This document shows positions 40,150-50,949 of a stretch of 64,000 bases of DNA, piece by piece. Source of the DNA: Epiperipatus broadwayi (Eukaryota; Animalia; Onychophora). The stretch spans positions 8,246,001 to 8,310,000 of the forward strand of contig JAQFVV010000005.1 in NCBI GenBank assembly GCA_028023455.1. Direction: 5' to 3'. The translations under genes and the position numbers were made by a program. The notes beneath the pieces are model-generated. The model saw nothing but the letters and a program-made list of their open reading frames with translations. It searched no databases and was not told where the DNA came from. How positions within the stretch are numbered: position 1 is the stretch's first letter; the number at the start of each line of letters is the position of its first letter.

Positions 40150-41764
40150 TGTGACACGACAACTTTCTTTCTTCCCCTACTAACTGAATTTTAGTTATTA
40201 GAATCGCCGTCGAGGGCGCCACCAAGGATTTCTCTCTTGGAACCTGGTCACATAACTTTACATACACCTGGTCTTTATTTATTTTCGAACGACGATTCAC
40301 TGATTATAAACTTTGATTATAATCTCACAGGGGTTTTCCTTTAAGAACACTAACTAATTATTATAAATAATTCAAGAATACGTTGGACAAAAAAAACTTT
40401 TAATTTCTTTTACTACTATTTATTATTAATAACCTTATAATTCTATCCGATCCAGAAAGAACTGACTTACAATTTCTGATTTTCCCTCTGTTTACTTTCT
40501 AATTATGCTTCCCAAATATTTACCATAGATTTACTCGCGCCTACACTAATACTGCGAATTCTAGCAGACGTGTATATAAGACGACTTATAGTATTTTTAA
40601 TCTTCCCTGAAGTTTATTTTTAAACTCCACTTTCTTTGGTAAATAAATAAATTGCAAAAATCTTACAATGAACGTATAAGTGTCTTTCGTTTTCTTATAC
40701 TTTCAATTCTTTCCTTATTTTCTACTAACAAACGAGTAACGCCCCAAGGTTCTCTGTTACTTGGCGACGCACTTTTATACCCCCACCCTGTTGTTACTCT
40801 CTAGATCGAATAGATATTAAATAATTTAAAATACAGTTATTCCAATATTTCAAAAAAATATTGAACGAAAATTAACATTAATAGATTGCAATATTAAACA
40901 AATTTATTTTCCCCCCTCTATTGTTGAAACATTCGTAATAAACATAATAAATGAAAATTAAATTAAAGATAAAGTTCTATTACGCTTTACTTAGAGTTCT
41001 CATTAATTAAAAGTTTATAATTACCCTGATCGATCAGAGCGGAGTGGCCTGATTTTCATAGGTTTTACATTCCATTGGTCGTGCCTTTGTCCTTGTACAT
41101 GCGAATTCCATGAGTGTTCCTTTAGTTGTCCGGCTAGCAATATCCGTTTCTTCCATTCCATAACTCTCTCGATAGCTTCATTCAGATGGAGTGGCGGTCA
41201 ATTCCCCAAAGGGGAAGGTTGTGATAACTTTAGCCGCTATACATTTGAAAAGAGTCCGCAAAATTAAATTTCAATAATAATAATTTTTATTGTTCGAAAC
41301 ACAGCTGCTTTCTTTATTGTCCTTGCTGGTCTCTAAAGTCAAGTCAACTGATCTAACTCTAAAAGCGATCTTATCTCCACTCTTTCTTATCTTTTTTTTT
41401 TTAATTAGCGTAATAGCAATTACTAACCAAATATTTTTACTTTGTGAAAGTTTCAACAATAGAGTATAATTACTACCAAGAATCTAATTTTGTTTTCTTT
41501 TCCCCACCCTTTTATCTCTCGAATTTTTCTCCCTTTTAATTAAACACTTTTAACATTTTTTTTTTTTTATTAAATTATATTCAATTTTATTTGTTTATTT
41601 CAAAATAAAAGTTCAAAATTTTTACTCTTTCCATTAAATCAAAACCATTTGTTAATTAATTTTTTTTTTCATTTTACAAACTATTTAACTTCAAAAATAT
41701 TTATGACAAATTATAAATATGTGAGCTTATATATATATATGAGCTGACTTAAAATATCAGCTCA
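40150..41764 (-). repeat. 5' LTR (1615 bp)
   Basis: Direct repeat of 37291-38910; upstream of gag on the minus strand. Confidence 0.96.
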
Positions 41765-43764
41765 GTAGTAAAGATACCAACATCGATTCTCAATTGAATA
41801 ACAAATTAAAAAAAAACATGACTTTGATTAAATGAATGAAACAATGTCTAAACCGTATTTTGTGTTTGAATTTCTCACAAACTTTCCAAGCAATTTTCCA
41901 TAAGATTACTTTTTTGTATTAATTAGACTCTACAGAATATTACAAATTATAATAATTTTTATATTTTAAACATCATCTCATTATAAATTTCTTTTTACTA
42001 AATGATTTCAATTTTTCAAATTATTACAATTTATTAGATTTATCTATGTTAAATTGCAAGTTTTATTATTTCTGCAGTTTAAATGATATCAAGTCTGACA
42101 TACACAAGAAATGCAATCAATACATATATTACTTGCTTGATTGCAACTTTAAAGAGTGGAACTACAAATTGGAGCATTAATAAACTCTAGAATTTTTTTT
42201 GTAGAAAATGTTTTCTGCTGAAAGTGACTGTGTGCATAAACATCAAAAAATCCTGCAATTTTGCTACTAATTAGTAACCTATATAAAACTATTGGTAAAA
42301 AATTTCATACAACTTTCTGATTACACCAGACATACATTAGTTCCTCCCTATTAGTGTATAATTATTAAGAAATCAATCAAGATTAAAGCAACCATTAAGA
42401 TAATAACTGTCAAATGGTTGAAATTTTAAGAAAACAAAACAAAAAATCAGCTGAAGATAAATAATATGAATTATTTTAAACTGTTATAAATAATCCTCTG
42501 TTCTTCCAACATTCATCTAATATATATATATAAATCTTCAAGAGAACAATCTTATTTCATTAAAACAATATTTCGTTTTATAAATAAAATAATTGTTTGT
42601 TCACTCAGATCATGTAGTGTTTGAGCATTGGAAATGAGATGTAAGATTTGAATACATCACTCTACCATGCACTGAACAACATTTAGTTTTTGGAAATCTG
42701 TAATGAGGTGAAAAAGACTAAATTTCACCTAAAAAATTAATCTAAAAATTTATTTTTGAAGAACTTTTACATGACTGATGGTAAAAAAAAAAGTGTCTTT
42801 TCCTGACAAAGAAAGTTATAATTAGATATCACTGATAGTTTTGACAATCAATGTAATCTGCTGAAGTTATATAAGTAAGTTAGCTTAATCAAATATTATT
42901 TACTATTGAAAAGCTGTAAATCTTTTCATTGTAAAGGAAGTAATCTTAAATTGCTGGAATTATAAATTTTCTGCCATTTAATTCAATTTACTTACTGTGA
43001 AGATTTTGTTGGAAAAAGAAATCTATTATACCAAAAATATTTTTTTCTATCATATGATAGAAAAGAATTTATCTTGACAATTTCATAGTATTTTATCAAA
43101 TGAATCTAATCTTATGATTAGATCCATTTGTTAAAACAAAAAAAAAACCCGAAAAGAATGAGTTTATTAAAAAATTCTAAATTTTAATTATATATAATGG
43201 TTTGAAAATATATACTATACTGTGAAGTGGCAAATGCTGTATTTAACTGCATGACTTCAAGTATATGTTAACCAAAATGTAAATAACAAAACAAAAAATA
43301 TTAAAATTTATAAATTTAATGATATTTAGCGAATATTATTCTTTCTCTGAGAACCACATGCAATCAAATTTTAAAAAAAGTGAAATTTCTACATAAATTT
43401 CATGACAGTAGTCAATTTTCTATGTATGATTATATATACATATTAATACAATTTCTTTGGTTTAAGTTGAAAACGCATAAATTTTATTCTTCCTTTATTA
43501 TCCTTTCCAAATTTGATGTACAGAATTTCATATAATAAAATATTTTCTAAGAGTAATGCTAAAAGTTTTAAAAAAAATTTAGAATATACAACCTTGGTAC
43601 TAACCTGGGCTTTGAACATTCCATCATCAGATTTTCAATGAAATGGATAACTGAAGAGTTGTGGGTTGGAGTAATTTGAAGTCTGTCCATTAAAGTATGA
43701 AGATTGGCTATCTTAATATAAATCTGAGCACTGATTGTATATATGTGTGGAGATAGTAATCTGG

Positions 43765-43808
43765 ACCAACTGATGATTGCTGGTTTAGCATGAAATATGT
43801 ATATTGGT
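43765..43808 (+). ncRNA. Minimal type I hammerhead ribozyme, slightly decayed
   Basis: ACCAA-CUGAUGA-u-UGCU(gguuu)AGCA-u-GAAA-UAUGUA-UA^UUGGU: perfect 5-bp stem I, intact core, 4-bp stem II, near-palindromic stem III (TACGTA to TATGTA would be a CpG transition). Confidence 0.65.
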
Positions 43809-44825
43809 GATTATTTATCTTTTCAACATGTGTGTAATCAGGTGGGTCAGAAATATGAAATGGCATGGAGAGTTGAGGGTCGTGTGAAAGTCTGAGTTTG
43901 AATCCCTTATAAATTACATTATATGTGCAGATGTGTAAGCCTGTACAGTGTGTTAAATTAAATATGCTTAAAGTAAATACTGATTTAAGAACATTAAAAT
44001 AATTACAGAGATCCTAGTTTCTTGATAATAAGAGCAGCCTGTTTCTATAAGAGAAAAAGTTATTGAAAAAAAGAATATCATCCAGAGCACATTTAATAAT
44101 AGTGAAACATTTCACATTTTATTTTAAAAATAAAAATATTAGTTTTTTCTTTATCCTTATTGCTTCAGTGAATGCATGAGTGACCCTCACTCTCCACAAT
44201 ATATGTAAAAATGTGTTCCCTCAATTGATTAATAATTATATTATTATTTTTTAAAATTTTGTTTATATTATAATACTGATTTATATACACATTCTTTACA
44301 TGCATTATATATATGTACATGTTGAAAATAGTCCATACTTGCAGTTTAATAAACAATAAGTATTCTATTGTAATCAATGTTTATATATTTGAATGTGAAG
44401 AGGGCTTGGAACAAATCATAACATGAGGAGGGCTATAAAATGTTAAAAACTTTTTTCTATTACATAATACAATATCTATTGTTATATAATATTTATCAAT
44501 TTTGATTTATTCCTTTGATTAAAAATTTAGACTTCTACTATTTACAAATTATTTATTTTTTACTATAAACTATTCAGAATAAGCTTTAAGATATTTAAAA
44601 AAATTAAATAAAACGTATTACCAAGAATGCTTAGATAATAGAAAACAATATTTTCTATTAGTTAAGACGTAGTAAATCAGTAAAGAGACTGGATTTGTAG
44701 ACAGATTCATATTCTAAAGATTTGAAAATTTTTAATAATTAGAAAAATTCTGTTGTCATTCTCAAGGAATTGTTTGACAACTACACATCAGCTGATAGAA
44801 TTTCATTGTGAATAAAAAAAAAAAG

Positions 44826-46481
44826 CAGTGCTCCCACATTTGACACCAACTCCCTGCAAACATATACATAAATTTCTTCTGGAATTTTGATGATTTTATT
44901 GGATTTCTCAAACATTATACATTTATCCAGGGGTGGGCAACTTTTTTCATCAGCAGGCTGAATAAAATTTTTGTATCATAACGCAGGCCAGAATGATTGA
45001 AAAATTTAGCAAAAAAAAAAAAATCAGAACCTAAAAAATGTTATATTACTTGAATTATCAAATTATCAATGTATTTTAAAAAAAGTAAATACAATATTTA
45101 AGATTTAAATAGGAATCGATTATAGATAGATATAATAGGAACTAGCTTTTGTCACAGCTCTATCTGTATTTGACAAAATTTTCAGAGTATTTTGTTGCTT
45201 ATGCAAACCACATTTTAATTTTTCTGCTTCAACTTTCACTTGTTCTGGTGAAAATAGTTTGCTTTACAAAACAGTTTGTTGAAAAATGCATTTTTAGATT
45301 ATATACTTTAAAAATGGAAATAGTTTCATTACAAACCAAACAAACAGCTTTACCATCTATATTTGCAAATAAATATCTTAATGTCCAATTATCGTTGAAA
45401 ATTCAGCATTCAGCGTCAGTTTTTCTTTTTATTAATTGATTCATTTTATAGGCTATAAATTATATTAAATTAAAAATTGTAATAATTAGAAAAGGCATAT
45501 AACTTACTTATAAAATATCATTCACCAAGAACTTAAACCCAAAGGAACTTCATTCAATTGATGCTACAATAATAATTAGGAAATAATATTCTGATGCTAT
45601 GTAGAATATACAATATTCTTTAAAAGCAGAAATTAATGTTATTTGCGATGTGATTCCTCCCATATTTTTATATTTTGTAATATAAAATTGGTATTTTAGA
45701 AGTTATAATTTATACAAGTTATGATAAAAATTTTAATTTGTATAATTAGTATTTTATATTTTTCATGACATTAGGATAAAGTTAATGTTATAGGAACATG
45801 TGAGTGATAGGTCTAGAGATTGCAGTTTACAACAAGTGTAGTCAGATATGGATTTTTTATATTTAGGCATTTATGAGGTGACCAGATGTGGCCTGCGGAC
45901 TGGGTGTTGCTGCATTTATCTAATATATTCGATTGGACCATCTTATTATACAGTAGCTATTTGTGATTCAAATGATAATCAATTTGGTCAATTAATCACT
46001 TAAGTCATTTTCCATACTAATCATAAAATTAGTTAGTTTTGATCAACACCATACCAAAAAAAGCATTACTAGATATGACACAAATAAAAACAAACCTGTA
46101 AATCTCTTAATATTGGCTGACTTTAAATTCACACTTTTGCTGAATGGCCATAGTAATTTGACTATAGGTATATACACTTAAAAAATTAATTACAATATAT
46201 TACAGGCTTATTTTTATTTGTGTCATATCTGTTAATGCTTTTTTAATATGGTGCTGATCAAAACTAGAAAATTCTATGATCAGCATTGAAAATGACTTAA
46301 GTGATTAAATGACCAGATTGACACTCATTCGAATCACAAATAACTATTGTATAATAAGATGGCCCAATCTATTACATTAGACAAATGCATAATGTTCGAG
46401 AAATCCAAGAAAATTATCAAGACTCTGGAAGAAATTCCATGTATGTGTTTGTGAGGAGTTTGTGTCAAATGTTACCAACTG
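44826..46481. mobile_element. Old fold-back MITE with ~290-bp diverged arms and ~100-bp spacer; left arm interrupted by a hAT insertion
   Basis: 44826-44927 plus 45913-46101 joined is the reverse complement of 46199-46481 (acatttgacac/gtgtcaaatgt; ggatttctc/gagaaatcc; ccatcttattatac/gtataataagatgg; gatatgacacaaataaaaa/tttttatttgtgtcatatc). Confidence 0.85.
44928..45912 (-). mobile_element. Second Charlie/Buster-type hAT deletion derivative (985 bp); right TIR partly deleted
   Basis: Left TIR CAGGGGTGGGCAA; TSD CATTTATC on both sides (44920-44927 and 45913-45920). Minus-strand KTDAEC*IFNDNWTLRYLFANIDGKAVCLVCNETISIFKVYNLKMHF is a SPIN/GTF2IRD2-like N-terminus. Confidence 0.9.
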
Positions 46482-47430
46482 AAACATTATTTCAATTAAT
46501 AAATGAATGATTTATTAATTGAAACATTTTTTTTTATTAAAACAATTTAATAACTGACAGCAGGAAATAAACATTACATTTAAATCTCATTTTGCTTCAT
46601 AATTAAATTCCATTCTCAAGATGGTATTTTTGAATTAGACTATTTTTTGTTGATTCAGAAAACAAAATTTATAGAAAAGTATTATTGTTATTATTTTGTG
46701 ACATATTTTATTAATAATATAATAATAATTATAAATTGTATACTTAGTTCACAAATTGAACATAAGTTCATTCAAATGACAAACGAGATATTTTTTATTG
46801 TTGCTATATTCTGAGAATCATTTATAAACTTTTACCTTTTAATTCTTTTACCATTGCCACTATGCCAAAATACATTAAAATCCTACAATTTGAATTTCGT
46901 GGGAGTGTACAATATTCTGATATTAAAAATAAGAACCTAATTTTAACAAGTTAAATTTTAAAAGACAAAAAATTAATAATAATAATAATGTCGTAGCATT
47001 TACCAAAATATTTAAGGAATTTTTATTTGTTTTATTATACTATTACTCACTTCAATTGCAACTTTTTTAAATACTACACTAGCAGAATAGTCCAAATATT
47101 GTAATAGAAAATACACACAATATGACATAGGAAATGATTATATTACAGGTTAAATTAACACTTTATTGCACTTATTTACCCTTTCTAAAAATATTGCATA
47201 AACATAAAAAAAACATCATGAAAAAAAAAGCTACAACAGAATAAAAATTTAACACATGAAATATGAAGTGTTTTCCTGAAGGTTTGTGATGATGATGTTC
47301 TAGTTGTATTTTTATATTGAACTATTTCCACCATCTAATATGTGTATTGAACGTCTTTAGAAAAATTTAGCTTTATTTAAATATTCCAAATACATTCAAC
47401 TGTTAATAATTGCACAGCAAACAGGTTAGT

Positions 47431-47490
47431 AACCTGGACCCTTAGATTCTTGAGTATTGAATTATACTCAAGGATCTAAGGATCCAGGTT
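47431..47490. repeat. 27-bp hairpin (25 Watson-Crick pairs, 1 G-U, 1 mismatch; 6-nt loop) running into a tRNA-type B-box
   Basis: aacctggacccttagattcttgagtat / atactcaaggatctaaggatccaggtt, continuing as GGTTCGAATCCC. Confidence 0.92.
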
Positions 47491-47671
47491 CGAATCCCAT
47501 GCTAGTACTGTCACTGGTCAGGTCAGCAACATCTGAAAAAGAATAATAATACCTCTCAAAACGTTGTGCATATATTAAAGGTTAGAATCCCATGCTAGTA
47601 CTGTCACTGGTCAGGCCATCAACATCTGAAGAAGAGGGGAGAATAATACCTCTCGAAACGTTGTGCATATA
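47486..47671 (+). repeat. Two tandem ~93-bp units, each a B-box-like motif, a spacer and a hammerhead motif
   Basis: aggtt(c/a)gaatcccatgctagtactgtcactggtcagg..aacatctgaa...aataatacctctc.aaacgttgtgcatata starts at 47486 and again at 47579. Confidence 0.9.
47623..47665 (+). ncRNA. Minimal type I hammerhead ribozyme (intact-looking second copy)
   Basis: CAU-CUGAAGAA-GAGGGG(agaauaaua)CCUCUC-GAAA-CGUU^GUG: 3-bp stem I, 6-bp stem II, palindromic AACGUU stem III of the dimer-dependent type. Confidence 0.68.
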
Positions 47672-48546
47672 CTAATCTGTTTGATGTGCTATTACTAACA
47701 GTTGAATGTATTTGGATTAAATTTTTATAAAGACATTAAATACACATATTAAAAATGCAATATAAATCTTTACATTAGAAGAAGAATATAAGAACATATA
47801 AACAGCAAAAAGATGGTAATGTTTAAAAAATTTCAGATTTACATATGCAGTATTGGTTTCAAGGCAGTTACAGTTACTGGAATTTGCAGACAGTAGTGGA
47901 CCAAACATGCCTCTTTATTACACATACAAATAGGTGTGACTCACATTTTATATGCACTATAAATAAAATAAAAATAGAGAAATTAAAATCTTGGATAACT
48001 GAAACTACAGATTTTGAGATTGTTATAATGGGAGAAAGCTACATTTTCCAAAAAAATCATGGTTAATTTTCAAAACTGGAAAAAAATATTGTAATTTCAT
48101 ATCTGATAGGCTGTGATAATATTCCTTTAATAGTTTTATGATTAGCATTTACTCGTTCCAAAAAAATATATATATATTTAATGTCAGCTGCAGAGTTTAA
48201 GCACTATGAATATGATCTTCTAGATTGAAAGCATTACTCAGTTATTTATTATGTAAAGTCTAAATAAATTAATCATTTTGTTGGAAGCAAATAAGTGCTT
48301 ATCATAAAATTACATAGCAAAAGAAAAGAAGTAAAAATTGTTATACAATTCAAGTTTTATAAATATTTGAACTGTTTATTAATTATTCTGAAGTACCTAA
48401 CTGGAATTATATTACTATTTAGTATGAAATATTTCCTTTAAGATTTAGGTTATATCCAATATAACCTTCACCCTAAGACATAAACTCAATTTTTAGATAC
48501 TGACAAAAAAAATTACCAGTGTCAAAATTAAATTGTGAATGACTTT

Positions 48547-49662
48547 TCATGGAAATTCTATGAGAATCTCAAATGTAACATAATCAGTAAAATGACTAGC
48601 TTCATGATTTTCCAAAACACTTTTCTCAGTGTCTTTGTAATCACAAAAATGACATTCAAACACTTCAGTAATGCGACAATCTTCCCAGGTATAATCTTTT
48701 TCATGTTCATTTTGATCGAAGATCAAAGGCAAATGATTCAAATGCATACATTTTCTATGATTTATTAAATTATTTAAAGAAAATGTTTTATAGTCACATA
48801 AGCTACAGTAAAAATATATTTGTCCTGTATGAATTTTCTGATGTTTTTTTAAATAACTTTTTGCAGCAGCTTTGTAATCACATAAACCACAATAGAAAGG
48901 TTTTTCACCAGTATGTTTGCTTTCATGTATTTTCAAACCCATTTTATCAGCATATCTATAATTGCAAAAATTGCATTGGAAAGGTTTTTCTCCAGTATGT
49001 CTTCTTTGATGCACTTTTAATCTGTTTTTCTCAGCAGTCCTAAAATTACATAAGGTGCAATGAAAAGGTTTTTCTCCTGTATGCATTTTTTCATGACTTT
49101 TTAGCCTATAATTTGCAGTAGTCTTATAATTACACAAAGTACAGCAAAACGGTTTTTCACCTGTATGTATTCTTTCATGAATTTTTAATTTATTTTTATT
49201 AGTAGTCTTGAAATTACACAAAGGACAGTGAATCCGTTTTTCTCCTGTATGTGTTGTTTGATGTAATTTTAAACTGTATTTTCCAGCAGTCTTATAGTCA
49301 CACAAAGAACACTGAAAAGGTTTTATTCCTGAATGCATTCTTTCATGTCTTTTAATATTACTTTTTACAACAGTTTTATAATCACACAAACTGCACTGAA
49401 AAGGTTTTTCTCCTGTGTGTGTTTTTTCATGTAATTTCAAATTCTGTTTGAAAGAAGTTTTAAAATCACACAAACTACATTGGAAAGTTTTTTCTTCTGA
49501 ATTATTAATATTATGTGTGTTATTTAAAGCAGTTATATAATCCCAAGTGTTATATACAAAAGCCTTTTCACCTGTATCAATTATTTTATTTAAGTCTAAT
49601 TCATTTGCTTGTGCTGCTTGGAAATCTATCCAAGTGTACTCAAAGAGTTTTTCTTTATCCAT
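48547..49662 (-). CDS. C2H2 zinc-finger protein, 371 aa, 10 fingers (9 tandem plus 1 isolated), single coding exon
   Basis: Uninterrupted ORF with repeated F-x-C-x2-C-D/N-Y/F-K-T...H-x3-H fingers and TGEKP linkers. In-frame stop 21 nt upstream of the ATG. No recognisable effector domain. Confidence 0.93.
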   Translation of the reverse strand: MDKEKLFEYTWIDFQAAQANELDLNKIIDTGEKAFVYNTWDYITALNNTHNINNSEEKTFQCSLCDFKTSFKQNLKLHEKTHTGEKPFQCSLCDYKTVVKSNIKRHERMHSGIKPFQCSLCDYKTAGKYSLKLHQTTHTGEKRIHCPLCNFKTTNKNKLKIHERIHTGEKPFCCTLCNYKTTANYRLKSHEKMHTGEKPFHCTLCNFRTAEKNRLKVHQRRHTGEKPFQCNFCNYRYADKMGLKIHESKHTGEKPFYCGLCDYKAAAKSYLKKHQKIHTGQIYFYCSLCDYKTFSLNNLINHRKCMHLNHLPLIFDQNEHEKDYTWEDCRITEVFECHFCDYKDTEKSVLENHEASHFTDYVTFEILIEFP

Positions 49663-50949
49663 TTTAAAAAGTGAATTACTTTACATATTTAAATAATGAA
49701 AAAATCTTTTTTTTCTTTATGAATTTAGCTACATATTGTTAAAAGCAATTCATGAGTGCTTTCTACTAAAAAGTTTATTGAATTTTTTTTTTTTAATGAA
49801 ATAATTTATCCATATTTTTATAGCGATTTTTAAATCACAAAAACTGTGATAAAATTTCTTTTCTATTTTAATAAAATTTATTATTTTGTTTAATTATTTG
49901 TGAACACAAATGATACATCCATGGTAGTAATTTTTTGAAAATTTTATTATTATTAAACAATATTTTCAATTTTTATTCTAAGCTGTATTCAATAAATTAT
50001 TTCTGTATGATCTCTTTAATAAGTTTATGCATTTTTATGGTCAATTTATATGTACCATATATAATTTTATCATCATATTACAAGTAATATTATCTGCAAA
50101 ATAATTTTTTTATATTGGACTCTTTCAGCCAATCTTAATTGTTATAGTTTAAACTATTTCCTTATAAAAATATTTTCAGATTGTCATTTTTTTGTAAGCA
50201 CAGAAAAAAATTTCTATTTTAAAATCAAATTGAAATTTAATACATTTCAAAATCAATAAATTAAAATTAACATCATAAATCTTTATAAATTATGAAAAAA
50301 AGTCATTCTTTATCATTTTCAAAACATTCAACTTAAAATGAGCCACTTTAAAATCACATTTTGTAGCACATTATAATGTTTTTTTAAAATGCATTTCATA
50401 CCGAAAATTAATATATTGATCTCAATTTTTCTTTAGATTTTATATTAAAATCACATTATGATTAAAATTGTCCCATCTTATAAGATCTTTTTTTAAGTAC
50501 AGTACTGTGATTTATTTCTATTCAGTGGTGCTTCACATTAACTTTAATTATATCAATGTTTTTTAATGTCATTTCATGACTGTAAATACTTATTTTTTCC
50601 TTGCAAAACATGAAGTCCTTATAGGTAAGATAAATAATTTTCATTATAGTTGTAAGCCATAACACAAATTGATTAATTACATGAATCATAGTGGCAACTA
50701 TGTAATTCATAATAATTGGTAAACACAGATTATATTATATTTCACTGATATATATAGGAATCATTTACTAACATAACTGATGCACATTTCCCACAAAAGT
50801 GACCAGACATATTATCTAAATCAAATTATATTATACTTCTAGGGAGAATGTGGAATATATATTAATACAACAATGCATTTCTTTCACATAATGGTAAAAA
50901 TATAATCCCTGATTATTTATTACAGATGATATTAGATTTAGGTGAAGAA

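Larger units (their letters stand above)
37291..41764 (-). mobile_element. Young Ty3/gypsy-type LTR retroelement, gag-only (no pol); long LTRs and 4-bp TSD suggest an Osvaldo-like lineage
   Basis: Two near-identical TG...CA repeats (1620 and 1615 bp), flanked by a GTAG TSD (37287-37290 and 41765-41768). The 1239-bp internal region holds only gag. PPT-like AAATGGGGCAA on the minus strand abuts the 3' LTR. Confidence 0.95.

Noticed and set aside
37256-41459. Short ORFs within or overlapping the LTRs (37256-37441, 40097-40300, 41271-41459)
   Set aside because: About 60 codons, cross the LTR boundary or are not preserved in both LTRs, and show no recognisable domain.
48535-49043. Plus-strand ORFs overlapping the zinc-finger gene
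   Set aside because: Antisense shadows of the ZNF ORF.
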